DNA of 64,000 bases from Bigelowiella natans CCMP2755. Lineage: Eukaryota > Protista > Cercozoa. Under the pieces are notes generated by a model that saw nothing but the letters and a program-made list of their open reading frames with translations, searched no databases and had not been told where the DNA came from. Both the position numbers and the translations under genes were made by a program. The DNA lies in NCBI GenBank assembly GCA_000320545.1, contig ADNK01000048.1, positions 62,001 to 126,000 on the forward strand. The letters run 5' to 3'. Position 1 is the stretch's first letter. The number at the start of each line of letters is the position of its first letter. Below are positions 23,255-38,010 of this stretch, one piece after another.

Positions 23255-26200
23255 ACCTCTGCAGCATGCACTTCAAGGGTGATATTAATGGATTCGATGG
23301 TCACACGCCTGCACGCCAGTCGTGACTTTGATAAAGAGCTGAGGAGCCGCGAAAACGTAGCGTTGGTGGAAGTCACAAGGGCGACCTGTTCGGGCGAAAT
23401 CGAAGCGAAAACGGCCGCGCCGGAAGTGGAAGCAGCATAATAAGCATCTCCATAAGGAGTAAGCTCATGCTGATGGTCATTACTGTTGCGCGGCTGCTCG
23501 GCGTCTCCATCTTCTTCTTCTTCTTTTTCTTCTTGCTTAAAGACCATCACCGCCTCGCGGGAAGCCAGTAAGACCCTGAGCAAGAAGCGGTCCTCCAGAG
23601 AGACATTTAGCGGCGCAAGCGCCACGGACATTCTCTCCAGGCTAGCATACCGAATCACATTATGTTCTTCTTCCTCATCGTCCCCTTCCTCTTCGTCGTA
23701 TCGGTAGTTGTAGTGGCGGCTGCATGCGGATTGAGCTTGATCGCCGATACGACCACCATAGCGATTACTACTACTGCTGCTGCTGTTGGCGGCCACATAA
23801 TTACTCCTTCTGCTACTTGACCGATGTGCTGCTCTTCGTTGTCCAATCCACTCTACCAGTACACATACAGCAGGTGGAACGGTAGTAGAACGCCTCCTCT
23901 CAGTATCATCCCCTCCCCCCCTTGCTTCCTTTCTCCCAGATGCTGCTTCTGCTACAGGATCATCCTCACCGCCCCCCCCCCGGCTGCTTCCTGCTGTGTT
24001 CTTCCTGTCTCTATCCTTGGCGTCGCGGCGGCGGCCAGCACACAAAACAACCGGAAATTCACATTTGGGCACATGGGAGTCCACCTGCAGGCTACCGACT
24101 TTGACCATGAGGCAGAGCTTTGTAGGTGGAAGGAGAGGAGGAGGAGGAGTGAAAGAGGGGGAGGAGGAGGAAGATGGTGGAGGAGGAGGAGGATGGAAAT
24201 AATTGGGATGATGAGAAGAAGAAAGGGTCCGCACATGTGCTGAGGAGCTGTTTTGTGTATGCAGAGGCACGGCTACGAGTGAGCCTGACAGACACTCCAG
24301 AGAGCGAGACATCTGCAATGCGCCGATATTGCTTCAACCCAGCTCGCAACCACCACAAAGCGTTCCCTCCTTCCCCCTCTCCCCCTCCATCCTCTAGAGC
24401 TCGTAGAGTGGATTCTACCCCCCGCGCTTGAAGGGCATCCGAGCTCAGAAGACTTCCCAACGAGGCGGAGGAGTATGGACTCCTTTCCAACAGGCACGCG
24501 GATACGAACGACACGCTGATTTGCATCTCAAAATCCATGCCACTACGTGGTTGCGCTCGCCGTCGTCTGCCGCCATCGCCGTGATGGGGAACATGGCTCT
24601 GCTGCTGCTGCTGCTGGTGCACCTCCTTTTCCTTCTCTCGCTGTTCTTGTAGTTGCTGCTGCTGCTGCTGATGTTTCGCATTTTGTTGGACTTGGACGTT
24701 CCTTCTTCTGTCTGTTGTTGTGTAGCCGGAGCCAACCCCCGTTCTCCTCCCAGTCGATATCCTTCGTCTCTCCTTTCCCTCCCCATGCTGCTCCTTCTCC
24801 GCTACATCTTCTTCAAGCATGAGAAAGCAAGAGCCGCCGCGGTGCAGATGGGTAATGCGAACACGCATCGCACCAATGCCTTCGACACCTTCTAATGTAA
24901 CGATGCTCGATGAAGAAGAAGATGAAGAACGAGGAGAGGAGGCGGAGCCAAAAGGTGCATTGTTTTCGCGTCTCTCTGCTCCCTGCCCTTTCTCGCTAGG
25001 TCTGCTGCTGTAGGAGTCAGGCCACGATGCCACCCTGTCGCGAATGTCCACGAAATCCGACCATAACAATGTCCCACCCCTCCTATTTCTCCTCCCAGCG
25101 TCGAAGCATATCTGAATGGCATTCTCACCGTGGGGACGATCGTCGCCGTCTCCCCCAAACAACGACGATTGGACAGCCGGTTGAGAAGAAGAGGATGACG
25201 ATGTGGCGCTTTGGGAATATCCACGCGGTCGCCGGACTGAATTGTTCCTACCAGCTAGAGTATATTGTTCGGGCTGAATCATGGTGGCATCCACCTTTTC
25301 AGTAGTCCCCTTGCCATCGCCGCCTTTACCAACGTCACCTTCCCAGTTGCCATGGTCGTAGTCATCTTCGTCGTGATGCCGATCGGGCTGTGCCAACGAT
25401 GCGAGCTCCAAGCACGTTCTCGCTGGTACGGTTACCCCCCCCGTCAAGTGCTGCTGCTGCTGCTGCCCTCCAGTCGTCGAAGTGGAAATGGCCGCAGCAG
25501 CTGCCGAGCGGACTTGGAGTGGGATGCTCGTTGAGTTTACAACTACGTATGGCGGGTGATTGTCCCTCAGAATGACTAGATGCGGAACCTGTCGATGTCG
25601 GAGAACAACGAACGAAAAGAGCCGTCTCGACCAGCTGCTCAAGCTTCTCCCTTTCCTTCCAGAGGCAGCTCGTTGGAAGCCGGGGACGACGTTGCTATTG
25701 CTGCTAATGCTACTGCTACTACTTCTTCTCGCTCCTATTGGTGATGATCGGGATGCATGAGGGATGAAAGAACAAGTGGTTCTCGTCCTACCCATCTCCT
25801 CCTCCTCCTCCTCCTCCTCCATCACCACCACCTTCTTCGTCTCCTTCTTGACGATCTTCTGGCGGAGTACCGGACGCACCCTGAGTGACATCGGCGTCCG
25901 AGCTATCTCGCCATTCGGTCTCAGGGGGATGGGTTCGGAGAACTCCCACTCCAGAGCGGGGAATAACGACGCCTCATCTACCTCACCCCCCTCCTTCCCT
26001 TCGCCACCGCAAATGCCATCATCACTAGATATCCGTGGTGAGGAATAATGACGACAGCTGCCTTCTCCTCTTTTTCGCACGGACAGCGGTTTGATAGAAA
26101 GGGAGGGAAACATAGTTTTGTCGGTGCTAATCTCACCAATACTCTGTCTACGGCTCTGCTCCTCAGCTGCTGATTCCCGCTGCCGGCCATATCGCTGTTC

Positions 26201-29200
26201 GCCACCTGCGGAATGACGGCGGCCTGAAAAACGTGACAATCCAAGAATTTGTCCTGGGGAGAGTGCGTATCGCTGAGGGCGGTCGCAGTCATCATCGGGA
26301 GGCGAGGGGGACACTGGCTGTGCCGCCTCCCGTGGGGGAAGAGATAGCGATTTTTCCTGGGAAGCCACCAGTCTGAAGCTCGTTGAGTTGTGGACGAAAC
26401 AGTACGGAAGAATCCGCACGGTGAGGATCTTCGACGTGAATCGTTCCGAGCCAGCCTGAACTTCCACGTCCACCCAGAATCGATAATATGAATACAGCAG
26501 TGGGTCTCCTTCTCCATCGTCCTCCCCCTTCTTGCCGGCTTCGCCATCACCTCTCCTCTTCACCATGTTGTTGTTGCTGCTGCTCATTGCTTTATCGTCT
26601 CCAGCAGATCCGTCATGGCGTCCCATAACTGAGCTCGCAGCGGCAGCAGCAGAGGCGTTGTTACCTAACATTAACCTCCACTGTGATTTTGGAGCAGATC
26701 TCAAAGCAGGAGATTTTGGATGTAAATCGCTGCTGTTTTGTCGGTGGTAGCGTCTCCCCGTGGGTTCAAGCTCGCTATCTCTCTGATGGTCCTGAATGCT
26801 TGCAGCAGCAGCCGGTTTGACATGACTTCGGTTACGTCGGCTTCGTCTTCTTCGTCGCCGCCCTGTTTATCATCATCATCATCATCATCATCATGCGGTT
26901 TTTATCAGACGCTATTATTACAATCACAACCAACACATACCATCACTATCCTCTATGCCTCTCTAATATCTCTTTTGATACATTCTCCCCCCCCCTCCCC
27001 CCCCCCCTCCTCCTCTTCAAGCAGCATATTGGGACTTACTTGGGATTGCAATGCATATCGGACAAGGCTGCTTTATGTTCTCGTGAACGGTAAAGGTAGG
27101 AGACCAGCCGCCTTCAGCTTGTGATACTGCTTCTACCTTGACCTCTCCCTCTTCAGTGACATGCTCGCCTTCGTCATCTCCCTCTTCCTCGTCTGCAGCA
27201 ACACTGAGGGAGAGCGGTGCTCCAGGCGTGGCCACTACAACTCCCATCCCTACAGCGTGTCTTCCTTCCCCTTTCCCTCCGCCTCCTCTCCCATGTGCAG
27301 GTATGGAATACTCATATATCTTCTTCGGGCTACGAACGGATACACCTGAGCGTATGCGGAGATCTAGCCCGGTGTGATTGAAGAACCGCATTCCTGCATG
27401 AAGCTGGAGGGTTGCGACGCCCTTTCCATCCTCTGCCGCCCCCCAGGAGCAAAGCGAGGGGCCACGTGGTCCAATCACCTCCACAGTCTTACGGATAGGA
27501 TCCCATCGACACGCAGCCAGGAAGCTGTCGTCGCCATCATTCTGGCCATCACCACCATCACTGCTACTGCTGCTGCAGTTTGCTAGGCGGGGTTTTATCC
27601 GAGCCGTCACATGCAGAGGTGCTCCCGGTACCACCAGTGTGAGGTGCCAACTGTCGTTCGGAAGCAGCAGCTTAGAGGCCGTCGCCATCCCAGGACGGCG
27701 ATCAAAGGCCTTGCTGTTGCTGTTGCTGCTGCTCGCTAATAGCCTGGCGTCTACCTCCACACAGAGCGCTGTCGTATTCCGGAGGATGAGGGGCGCGCTG
27801 AAGTGCAGCGACACGGGTCCTCTCACCACGGAGCGATCGGCCGCACTGACGAAGGAAGAGGAAGAAAGCCGCAGATGGCATGGGGAGGGAACAAAGCAAG
27901 TGCCCGCTCCTCTCATCCTTCTACTTTTCCCTTGATTTGCCGGGTTGGAGGACGATGGGGGCGAAATTGATGTTGCTCTAATGCCGCCGACGATGTCCTT
28001 TGCCCCTTCCTCTTTCTCTTCCTCCTTACCTGCCCCTTGCTTCGAATCGCGGACGTAGCGCAGAATCCTATTCTCGCTGCGGCTCTGTGCAGCCCGTGAC
28101 CACTTGATCAAATGGCCATCCACCATTTTCACAGGGATGTCGTCGTCATCATCTCCAGCAGAAACGTTGCCTTTACCACCCCCACCACCACCACTTCTAC
28201 TACTACTACTACTGCTACCGCCACGAGTAGGGTTTGTAGCAGTAGCAGTAGCAGCACCAGCCCCACCACCCCCGCTGCAAATCGGGAGTAGAACTCTACA
28301 TGCTGGAATCCACGGCCAGGGCGAGGAGGACGTGGGCGATGAAGGACGGACGAAGAGGTTCATCCCGCTGTACTCCTCCCCATCGTTTCCTTCCACACCC
28401 CAGACAAGTAGGGGCTTCTTCTCCCCCGGCCTTACGATGATCTCGAGCCCCTCGTTCATCGTGTCATTTGGGACGGTGCCTCTTGGGGCCAGCCGCAGAC
28501 TCAGAGGAAATGGGAGGTGATTCACGATTACATGAGAAGGCCAGATTATGGCGGACAGCGCAGGAAGCCCTGATTGGGTTCTCCTCCGCTCAATCCACAA
28601 CACTGTTCGCTCGGCTACCCTGCTATTCCGCCCCCCCCTCCTGCCGCTGCGAATCCAGATTGGGGAATGCTCAACAGGATCGCTCACTTTCTGAGCGCTT
28701 TTGTCCTTTCTTATTTTCTTCTTCCCCGTGTTGTTGCGAAGGCCTCCACCGCCCATCCCTCCGCCAGCTGAGCGCATTTATACGGAGCAAAAGAAAAAAA
28801 GAGAAAGCAGGGGAGATGGAAATCGTGAGTATCAATGGGATTCCATTTTCTAGCATGGACAATGCACTGACACATATAATCTTGTGCCTTGACCCCGCTA
28901 TTGCAGCGACAAGTTAAAATAGGTCATAGAATCGATAATGAAAATGCATGAAGGCATTATGAGAAACACACAGTTTACAATTTACATTGACCATGACTAT
29001 GGTGACTAAGCGCCTACCTTCATCCTCATCCCCTCCCCCTTCGACACCGTCATCAGTCAGGTTGATCGAAGCCTCTTGTAACGGAGATTCGTCAATGCTG
29101 AATTGCGTCTGCGACCACGGTCCCCTCGCCCCCTTTCCATCTTGCTCCCCCTTATCGCCTCCTCCCCTTCTTCCTCCTTGGAGAATTCGGAGTCTCAACG

Positions 29201-32200
29201 GTAATGGCTCAGAGCTGTGCACCCACATACACGCTCTGCGAGAGCCATTTGGGAGGTACTGCACGATGTCATCCGAAGCGGTTCTGTCGCCGCCTTCCCC
29301 AGACCTCGGGGCTGCATAGTCTTGCTGCGGCTGTTGCTGCAGCATTTCCAGATCGATCCCAGTGCGATTGAGGATTAAATACCTGGACAGCGAGTGCGGA
29401 ATGGATAGTGCTTCAGCGCTTTTCCCTCGAGTTACGAAGGACCCTGTGATAGCAGCAGTAGCAGCAGCTAGGGCAGGGTTGGAAAGCAGCCGGGTTGACT
29501 TCCTATGGTCTGTGTATGCAAGCAGAGGAAGCGGTGTGTCCAAGGGGTTCACCGGGGCTCGCTTGATAAGCATCTTCAAGCTTTTCGCAATACTAATGCA
29601 TCGCTTGATCAGAACGAAGGTTTGCTCTTGCGCGTTCAGCCGGATGTTTCCCGCCGCGATTTGCACCCCCTTTGCCGCCCTGGCACGGAAGTTGAAGAGG
29701 CTGGCATCGAGGTAGCTGTCGTCCGCACCCTTGGCGAGGAGGAGGGTTGCCGATTTTGGAACAGCATGGAAGGTGACCTTCACGGGGAATGGCGTTGTTA
29801 TGGGGAATCTCGAGAGGTGGACGTGATCAATCGCATCGAGCCAGAGACTTCGACCACTAGCCTCCAGCACCAGGCCCCCCCCCCACATTGAACTATCATC
29901 TCTCTGGTTGCTCTCAATTACCCCGCCTCGTCGTCGAATGTTGCTGTCCGTATGCTTTCCGCCTCGTCCTCGTTCCTCTCCTCCATCTCCAACCCCCCCG
30001 CTCTCGCCGAGTCCTCTGCTCCCCTCTCCCCCACCCCCAGAGTCCACACCTCCATAGCTCCTACTGCTGGCAGGCTCTCCTCCATTGCCAGCCCATTTTA
30101 TCATCCGGAAGGCAAGGCCTGTGGCTCTGAGTTCAAGCATCTCAGGTTCGATGATGACAACGCCGTGATTATCCTTCTTCTCTTTCCTCTCCAGCCCTCC
30201 CTTTGCCACTCCTCCTCTTCCCCCTGACTTCGCTACAGAGCTGACGCACATATCACGGAGGGCAAACTTAAATAAAGGTACATGTGCCTCCATGCGGAAT
30301 CGTGTAGCAACAGCAGCCGCGGCCATTACAGCAGCAGCAGGGCTGGCACCCCCATCATCATCGTCGAGGTCGTCATCACGTTGAGGGAGATGCGTCACTG
30401 GAGCGTGACTGTCCACTCGAATGAGCTGACCGAGCTCTCTTGGCGGCTGCTTCATGAGACACCGGCGCCAATGCGACTTGGGGTCGGTGCGTAGCGGAGA
30501 GGGCAGGTGCCAGAGCAGCACCCACGAGGTTGAGAAGCTGCGATGGGACATGTGGTGCCTGCCGGGTACGTCCAAGCCACTCGCAAAACTACCCACAAAC
30601 ACGTACCTCGACGCGAAGCTGCTCCACGCGAAAAGGGAGCACCGAATGCTGGGCATGCGACGCCTCCTTTTACTGCTACTAGACACATTCCTATAATATC
30701 GGCGATGATGTCGCGGCGGCAGCGGTGGATACCCCAATGGGAGGGTTGGGTGTACTTGCAGCGACAAAGGAGGAAGTGGGGGGGGGGGGGACCGCATAGC
30801 GTCCCCTCGTTTTCTACTTCCTCTGCCATCCCGGTGCTTGTGGCTTTGGTTCTCTCGGCTTTTGACATTGTTCTCACCCGTGTCCCAATCGCGGATATCA
30901 GGTGGGAGGAGAGATGATACGGCCCCAGAAATTATGGTGGAGACGGAGCGAGGAGCCAGGTAACGCCATTCCATCCAGGCTACGGTATCTCCCCCGCTCT
31001 TAGCGCCTCCTCCTCCTCCTCCTCCTCCTTCTTCTTCATCATTATCACATTTTGGCGTGAGACGTCCGAAGCGAATATGTCCTGGCCTTGGACGTGTCAA
31101 AGGCGGTCTATCAGTAGGACTGGCTTCCGACTCGATGCAGTGATCTTCCTCAAGCCGAAGACTTCGGAGATCGTCCTGGGAATATGCTCTCTGGATGATG
31201 TTGGTAACCTTGCTGCTGCTGCTGCTGCTGTTGGGGGCATGATTACTTCCGCTGCCTCCATGTGTAGGAGTAGGAGGAGGAGGAGGAGCAGCGCGAGATG
31301 TTCTCCCAACGCTGGTGCTACTGGTGACGGGGATCGAGGTGGATGTGGAGCTAATGTGTGTATTTTGTTTCTGCTCCCGGTTTCCTTCTTGCACTTCCTC
31401 TGCTTCGATCTCGCGCTCCGGTCTTTGCCCACTGCGAGTGGTATTCCCATCTTGATGATGACGATGATGATGGTCATTCTTATTCCAGGAGCTCTCCTCC
31501 TCCTCCCCCTGCTGCTGCTGCTGCTTGTTCCTCTTCTTATTCCTGAGGCCGTCGAGGATACCCTGCACTAGTTTGGCGCAGATCGCCACATGCAGCGGTT
31601 TCGTATCGAACGAGAGCTCTCGAGCTTGTATGCGGAGGAAGTTCTCGTAGTCAAGGGGGCGCTGTCCAGAGTTGATCAAGGTTGGCACCATGAGGGCGGG
31701 AGCAGGGGGACGGGGGGGGCGCCAACCCGGACGACGAAACACTGCATGCCTCTGCAACTCAAGACGGATTGTGCATGGGAGAAGTACCTCCTCTCCCCAG
31801 GCTTCTATTAGCGAAGAGATTGAGGAGGGGGATGACGCAGAAGAGAAGGAGGAGGAGGAGGAGGAGGAGGAGCTTGCATGTGGGCTATCATCACTTGTGT
31901 TCTTCTTCCTTTTCCTTCCTCTCATCATCATAGATAGTGGCGACACTTCCACTGCAGCTGACGGCGACATAAGGAGCCCCAGGCGCATTCCCAGGTCCAA
32001 CACCCTGAGCTCCATGATATCCGTCACCGCAGCGCTCTGAAATTGTGCGGTAGTTGTCGAGGGCATTTGCAGCAAGAATGCATCGCTCCATGCAATTCGA
32101 GCAAACATTAGAGACCCCTTATCCTGGTGCTGCGACGAAGATCCCGAGAATGTGAGAGGAGGTGGTGATGACGATGAGGTCAAGGCCACCGATCCACCCT

Positions 32201-32709
32201 CCATTAGAATCTTCACCTATTTTGCGTGTATTGTTTTCTTTTGGTCGTTCGATCCATCAATACTCCTATTTTCTGTTGCTCCTGCTGCAAGCGCTGCGAC
32301 TAAAGCTAGTCATTTACAGGGATGCTTAGTATTATTTACAGTGCGTGCGTAGGTGCGAGCGTGTGTGTACAGATGTGTAATCGCATGTGTGCTCCGTAGC
32401 GCAAAGAAAACAAAGTACAAGAACCCACCTTAATCGCTTTTGGATTCCAGAAAAATGATTTCTTTTTCCTTTTTGCCGAGACCGTTTGTCGTTGCCTTAG
32501 CTCCTCATCGTAGTAGCTCCTCCTACCACCATGATTCAGCCGCGTGGCCGAAGATGCCACTTTTGATTCGCACAGCATCTTGCTTAACACTTGCACCGCC
32601 TGGGATGGAAAATAGCGACAATAGTAGCATGATGATGATGATAATGATGATGATGATAGTGACAACTAAAATACAAGTGTGCATGTTAGAATATCCTCGC
32701 GCGCACAAT

Positions 32710-32741
<32 letters not shown>

Positions 32742-32966
32742 ACATAAACACTCAAACACAAAAAAACGTGTTCCTGCTGTGATAGATGCAGACCTCGACA
32801 GGCAGAGCTATGTCTATTCCACGGCTAGAAATAACCGCATCTCCGTTGTTCGGAGGCGAGAACCGAAGGTTTTGGGATGACTCATCCTTGAAAGTGACAA
32901 TGTTCCAAGTAGCTCTAATAACTTCACCACCATCATCGTCATCATCATCCTTTTTCTCTTCTGGCG

Positions 32967-32999
<33 letters not shown>

Positions 33000-35900
33000 C
33001 TATGTTCTCCTCTCCGCCTCTTCCTCGTCCTCCTCCCTTCCTCCTCCATCTCATTATCTCGATGAAATTGAGTTGGGTCTTTTCGATCCTTCCACCAAAC
33101 TCATTTTCCTTGATTTTCTCTGCGTTCCTCTCTTCTGCAGAGACTCCATCTACGAATCCATTATCTTGCTCGATTTTTCCCTTCTTCTTCTTCTTCTTCT
33201 TCTCCTGGCCCCTCTTTCGCATCTCTCGTCGCTTTATAAAATCCACTCCTGGGCCATTATAACGGAGAAAGATGTCTGCAAAAGAACTCGAGCCTTCCGA
33301 CACGTGGCGCGAAGAGGATGAACACTGGAAAGACTTTCCTTCGTGGTGGAGATGGTGATCGGTTACTTCGCATTTAGTCAGAAGCTTCCGGTACGACCTG
33401 AGAGCATCTCGAAGACTGCGATGACGTGTCACTGATATCTTCTCAGAGCTCATCGCAACATTCATACCCTCCACGCCGACCTCAACCACAGTGGCGGTGT
33501 CGCTGCTGGCTCCTCCGCTGCTCTCGACACTTCGATGAAGAGTGGAAGCTCCAGACGGGTGCGAAGACAGGCGGACTGCAACGCCTTTGAAGCCTACTGA
33601 GATTTGGAGTTTGGACACACGCCTTACGAAATTAACGATGACGTCATTTTTCCTTGGTGATGAGCGATCCCGACGGGTATGATCATGCCCTTTATCCTGC
33701 TGCTTTCTCGTAGTCACTAGGAAGCGTTTGGACACGATAAGCTCTTCACCGATACGGTCATGCCGACGCCTCCCCTCTCCCTCGTTTCGTTTCGCAAAGG
33801 CGCTGAGGCACTCGGTTAGAGTATGAAGGTCTTGTGGAGTGACTGAAAACATGAGACGCGGCACTTGCAGGCTCAGCTGCCCGGACGAGTCCTCGTGCAC
33901 GAATTGTGTTCTAGATTTGTTCTTTCCCCCCTCCCCCTCCTGGCCTTCTTCCTCCTTTCGATGTTGATGTAAATCGTCCATCTGTTGAGCGGTATTGCTA
34001 ATATTGATCTTTGGCCTCGGTTTCTTCTTCTTTTTCGTCTTCTCGCTCTGACGGGGCCCCTTGGGCAACGGAGGCGGTAGTGGAGGCTGATCTGTGACGA
34101 AGGAGGGGGAGGGGCGCGGTACAGATGGTGGAGGTGGCGGTGGCGGAGGAGGTGGTAGTGATTGCTCCTCTTGCTGCTGTTGCTGCTGTGGCATAATAGG
34201 ATGCTTCTCATCTTCCTTCTCTTGCGATGACGGCAGTAGCACGCATGCCCGGGCTGCAGTTCGCGTGTTAAGCGATGCTAGAATGCGAAGGCTGTTGGAA
34301 ATCGGCTTCCAGGCGTAGTTAAGGCTTCCATGACGATGATTTTGTTGCTGTTGCTGCTCGCCAAGGTAGCATGTGAAGCCATGAATACCAGCCTCTAAAG
34401 AGAGCGTCGCAGTTGCTTTTCTGACGGTGTTGTTCTTAACCTCCTGTTTTGAAATGGGAGGTATCCTGCTGCCCTCCTTCTTCATTTTCTTCTCCTTCCC
34501 GAGCTCTGCCGATTCTTGGTGCTTGTGATTCCTCTGGCCTTTATTTACCATAGTGTAGTATAACGTGGAGCACGTCTTGCAGCGGTACGGGTAGTATTGA
34601 CTGGCCTCGTTAGATCTCACGAATTCTCTTATTGCATTCAGAACTCCTGTTTCCGACCCGTCGTCATCATCATCACCGTCATCATCATCATCATCGCCTT
34701 TATTATTGGTAGTGCCGGAGGGAAGCGGAGGAGCTAACGAATGGACCCACGATCGCTTGAATTGAGCTTTGACTGCACTCTTACCACAGGGCGAGAGGAA
34801 AGCCACAGATATGCGACCCACATCCAAACACACCGAGAAATAGGGAGCAGCGGGGGTAATACGCGTGTAAGTGGCCCGTCTGCCATCTCCATCGACGCCA
34901 TCATCGTTGCCTTCTCCTCCTCGATGAAATCCCTTCTCGTCCAGAAAAGGATCCATGCGGACAAAGGTTCCAGGCACGTAGTCTCCTCCGAGACCAGGAC
35001 TTGTCCTTGTCGCCGTGGTCGTTCCTTCCATCATATTGTTGGCGTGATGGTGCAGCATCATATCACGCCGCCGTCGAGGCCGTCCACTGCGATCGGAGGG
35101 CACGAGCAGAGCTACCATGGACAGCAGCTGATCGATCGCATCCGCATTGACTTGGATGTCGATGGGCTCAACGAAGCATTGAGCGTGAACAACTTCGGGA
35201 GGGGGCAATCGGAGAGTCATCTTCTCCTCCCAGGACTTGCCGCGGCCTCGCTCCCCCCTCCCCCCCTTAATCCTCCTCTGGGGGAGATTTGATCGTGACA
35301 AGTTGACGAAGACCTGCTTTGACACGAGTATCTCAGTTACACGTTCGCGAGCTTCACGCCCGCGACGTTTCTCGCCTCTCCCTTCCTGGTGGCTCCGCCT
35401 CCCCTTTCCATCCCCTCCTCCTTCTCCTCGTGAGAAGTGGGAGGCAGCATCGCCGCCAGAGAGCGCCCCATAGTGAGACAAGCGTGAGTTCGCGATTGCG
35501 ACTTTGAATGTGTTCCAGCTGAGGCCTTCCTTCTTCATCGAGCGCCTCAGCAAAAGCTCTCCGATTCTGCGAATCCCGTGCAAGAGGCGGCCGCCTTCCC
35601 CCCACTCCAGCTGAGCCCGACCCGAGATGCCTGCAAGCGTGTATACCAATCGCTCTATGGCCGCCCCATCATCAGATCGGATAGGGGGAGCGAACGGAGA
35701 GTTGTAGCAGGGGTAAATCACTGCGCTGACGGTGCGGATCTTTAGATTCACTAGCCAGACGAGGGATGCCGGTTTGTAGCAATTAAAATAGTAGATTGGC
35801 CTCCTTTTCTTGCGGTCGTCATGGTGGTGGTTATGGGTATGGTGGTGGTGGTGGTGCGAGGGGGCATGATGGTGAGGCTCGGAGCAGATTGACTGCACAC

Positions 35901-37960
35901 TGGGGGATGGGGAAAGAGGCGAGGGAGAAACAGATCGAGAACGGGCCGCTGTAGCATTGATCCTTGTGCTCCTGGTGTTTACCTCCTCGCTGGACTGATG
36001 CTGCTGTCGCTGTCGGTGCGTGTACTGAGGGCGTGCGACAGATACCCCTCTCCTCCGTGAGTGCCGAAACATTGCAATTACTCTCGACAAGGCTGATGCT
36101 TGCCTGCTGGTGATGGATACCGACAACGGAGCTGCCTCTCCCAGGGTCTCGAGAATTGTTTGTTTTATCTCCTCTCCCTTCCCCGTATTAGTATCTGATT
36201 CTGGGTCTGCTGAAGGCGTAGAAGCAACAGCTGAAGGTTGCCCTGCCCCCCCCACCACGCCCCCTCTTATTTTCCTCGATAGGCGAGATAATGATACCGT
36301 GAGACGCACAGACCACGGAGACACAAGATCTACCTTAAGTGACCTGTTGCTGCTGCTGCTGCTGCTGCTGCTTATTGTAGGCTTGTTCTTCCTTTGTTGT
36401 TGCTGTTGTTGCTGCTGCTGCTGAGGCCGCATCACTTCCTGGTGATGGTCATAGTAACATGTATACACGTGCAGGTTTTCCACCCCCAGCAGAATCGACT
36501 TGTGGTTCTCGATTTTGCACTCAATGAGGGGCAAGGAAAGACACACGTCTGGAAGAAGAAGGAACGACTCTGGGACATTATGCTGTCGTTGATGCTGTCT
36601 GCTCCCCGCACCGCCTGTTACTCCGCCCCCCCTCCCTTGCCCCGCTGCCGCTGCTGCTGCTATGGGGTCAGAAGAGACCGGGAACCGTATCTCGATAGGC
36701 TCGATTCGAAGCTCTAAGCGGACAAGATCGACAAGTTGAATCACTGTCACCTCCTGCACAGTTTTCTCCCCTTTCCCTTCCGATTGGTCCTGCTGCGCTG
36801 GGTAATGGTAATAATGCTGCCTTGCGAGGGAGCCACTGCTAATGCTATGGCGTAAGCGCTGCTTGCCAGCTCCCCCCCTTTTAGGAGGAACGAGAGATCC
36901 TAACGAGAAGCCATCAGTTGCTGGGTGGGGATGGCGTGCTGCTGCTGCTGGTGGCCGTGCTCTTGGACCTTGCAGAGGTGATTCTGGATTGCCCGCTTCA
37001 AGGAACAGCGACCCACCAGCCGCTTCGGAATTACGCTCGAAAGTGTCGAAAACCGTCGCGGCGATAAAATCGGAGAGATCCAGCCATATGGAGTCCCACG
37101 ATACACTCACTGGGGCGGTGTTGACTGAGACCATCACGGAACCGGGAGGGGGAACAGGAGCCTTAGTTCCTTGCTGCGTGGCTTCTTGCCGCTGCTGTAG
37201 GTTTGCCTCGCTGTCAACTCGCCTCGGCGGCTGCAGTGGTCTATTTGCCATCGCCGCCGCCGCCGCGTGCCTTCTGCTGCGCTGCTCCCCGTTGTACCAC
37301 CGTCGTTGTCGTTGTCGTTGTTGTCGCCGCCTCCTTTCCTCAATAATCGCTATAGCCCATCGGACAGTGGAATGTGTGGCACTAACAGAGGCTGAGCAGA
37401 GAGGGCTTCCAATGCTGCTGCTGCTGATGCTTTCACTTGGGCGTTCGTGTCTTCTCGCCTTGTGAGTGCCTCCTCCTCCTCCTCTTCCTCCTCCGCTGAA
37501 TCTCGGCCCTTTGGCAATTTGCCTGTGTGTTCCACGGCGGGTGACGTTAATGGAAATACTGCCAAGATTGAAGGAGGCGTGTAGCCCTGCTGAAGCGAGG
37601 AGGGAGCTTCCTGTGAGATAACGATTGATTTTCAGTTTATCGTCGTCGTCATCGTGTGAATAAGAAAAGCAGGTGTCCATCTCATAGCAGCCAATGTCAT
37701 CATTGTCGTCATCATCATTATAATTACACCCACCATCACCATCATTACCATCATCGTCGTCGTCATTCAAGATGATTCTAAAAATATTTGTCATCACTGA
37801 CCGGCATAGGAGGCTGAGAGGGCTCGGACCGAGGCTGTGATGATGGAGTTCCGCAGTCGAACAGGAACTCGGATCCCTCGAGGCCTATATATACATATAT
37901 ATGTATATACCGGCAAAGGAGATAATCAGGGGGAGAAGGAGGAGGAAGAAAGGGAGGAAA

Positions 37961-38010
<50 letters not shown>

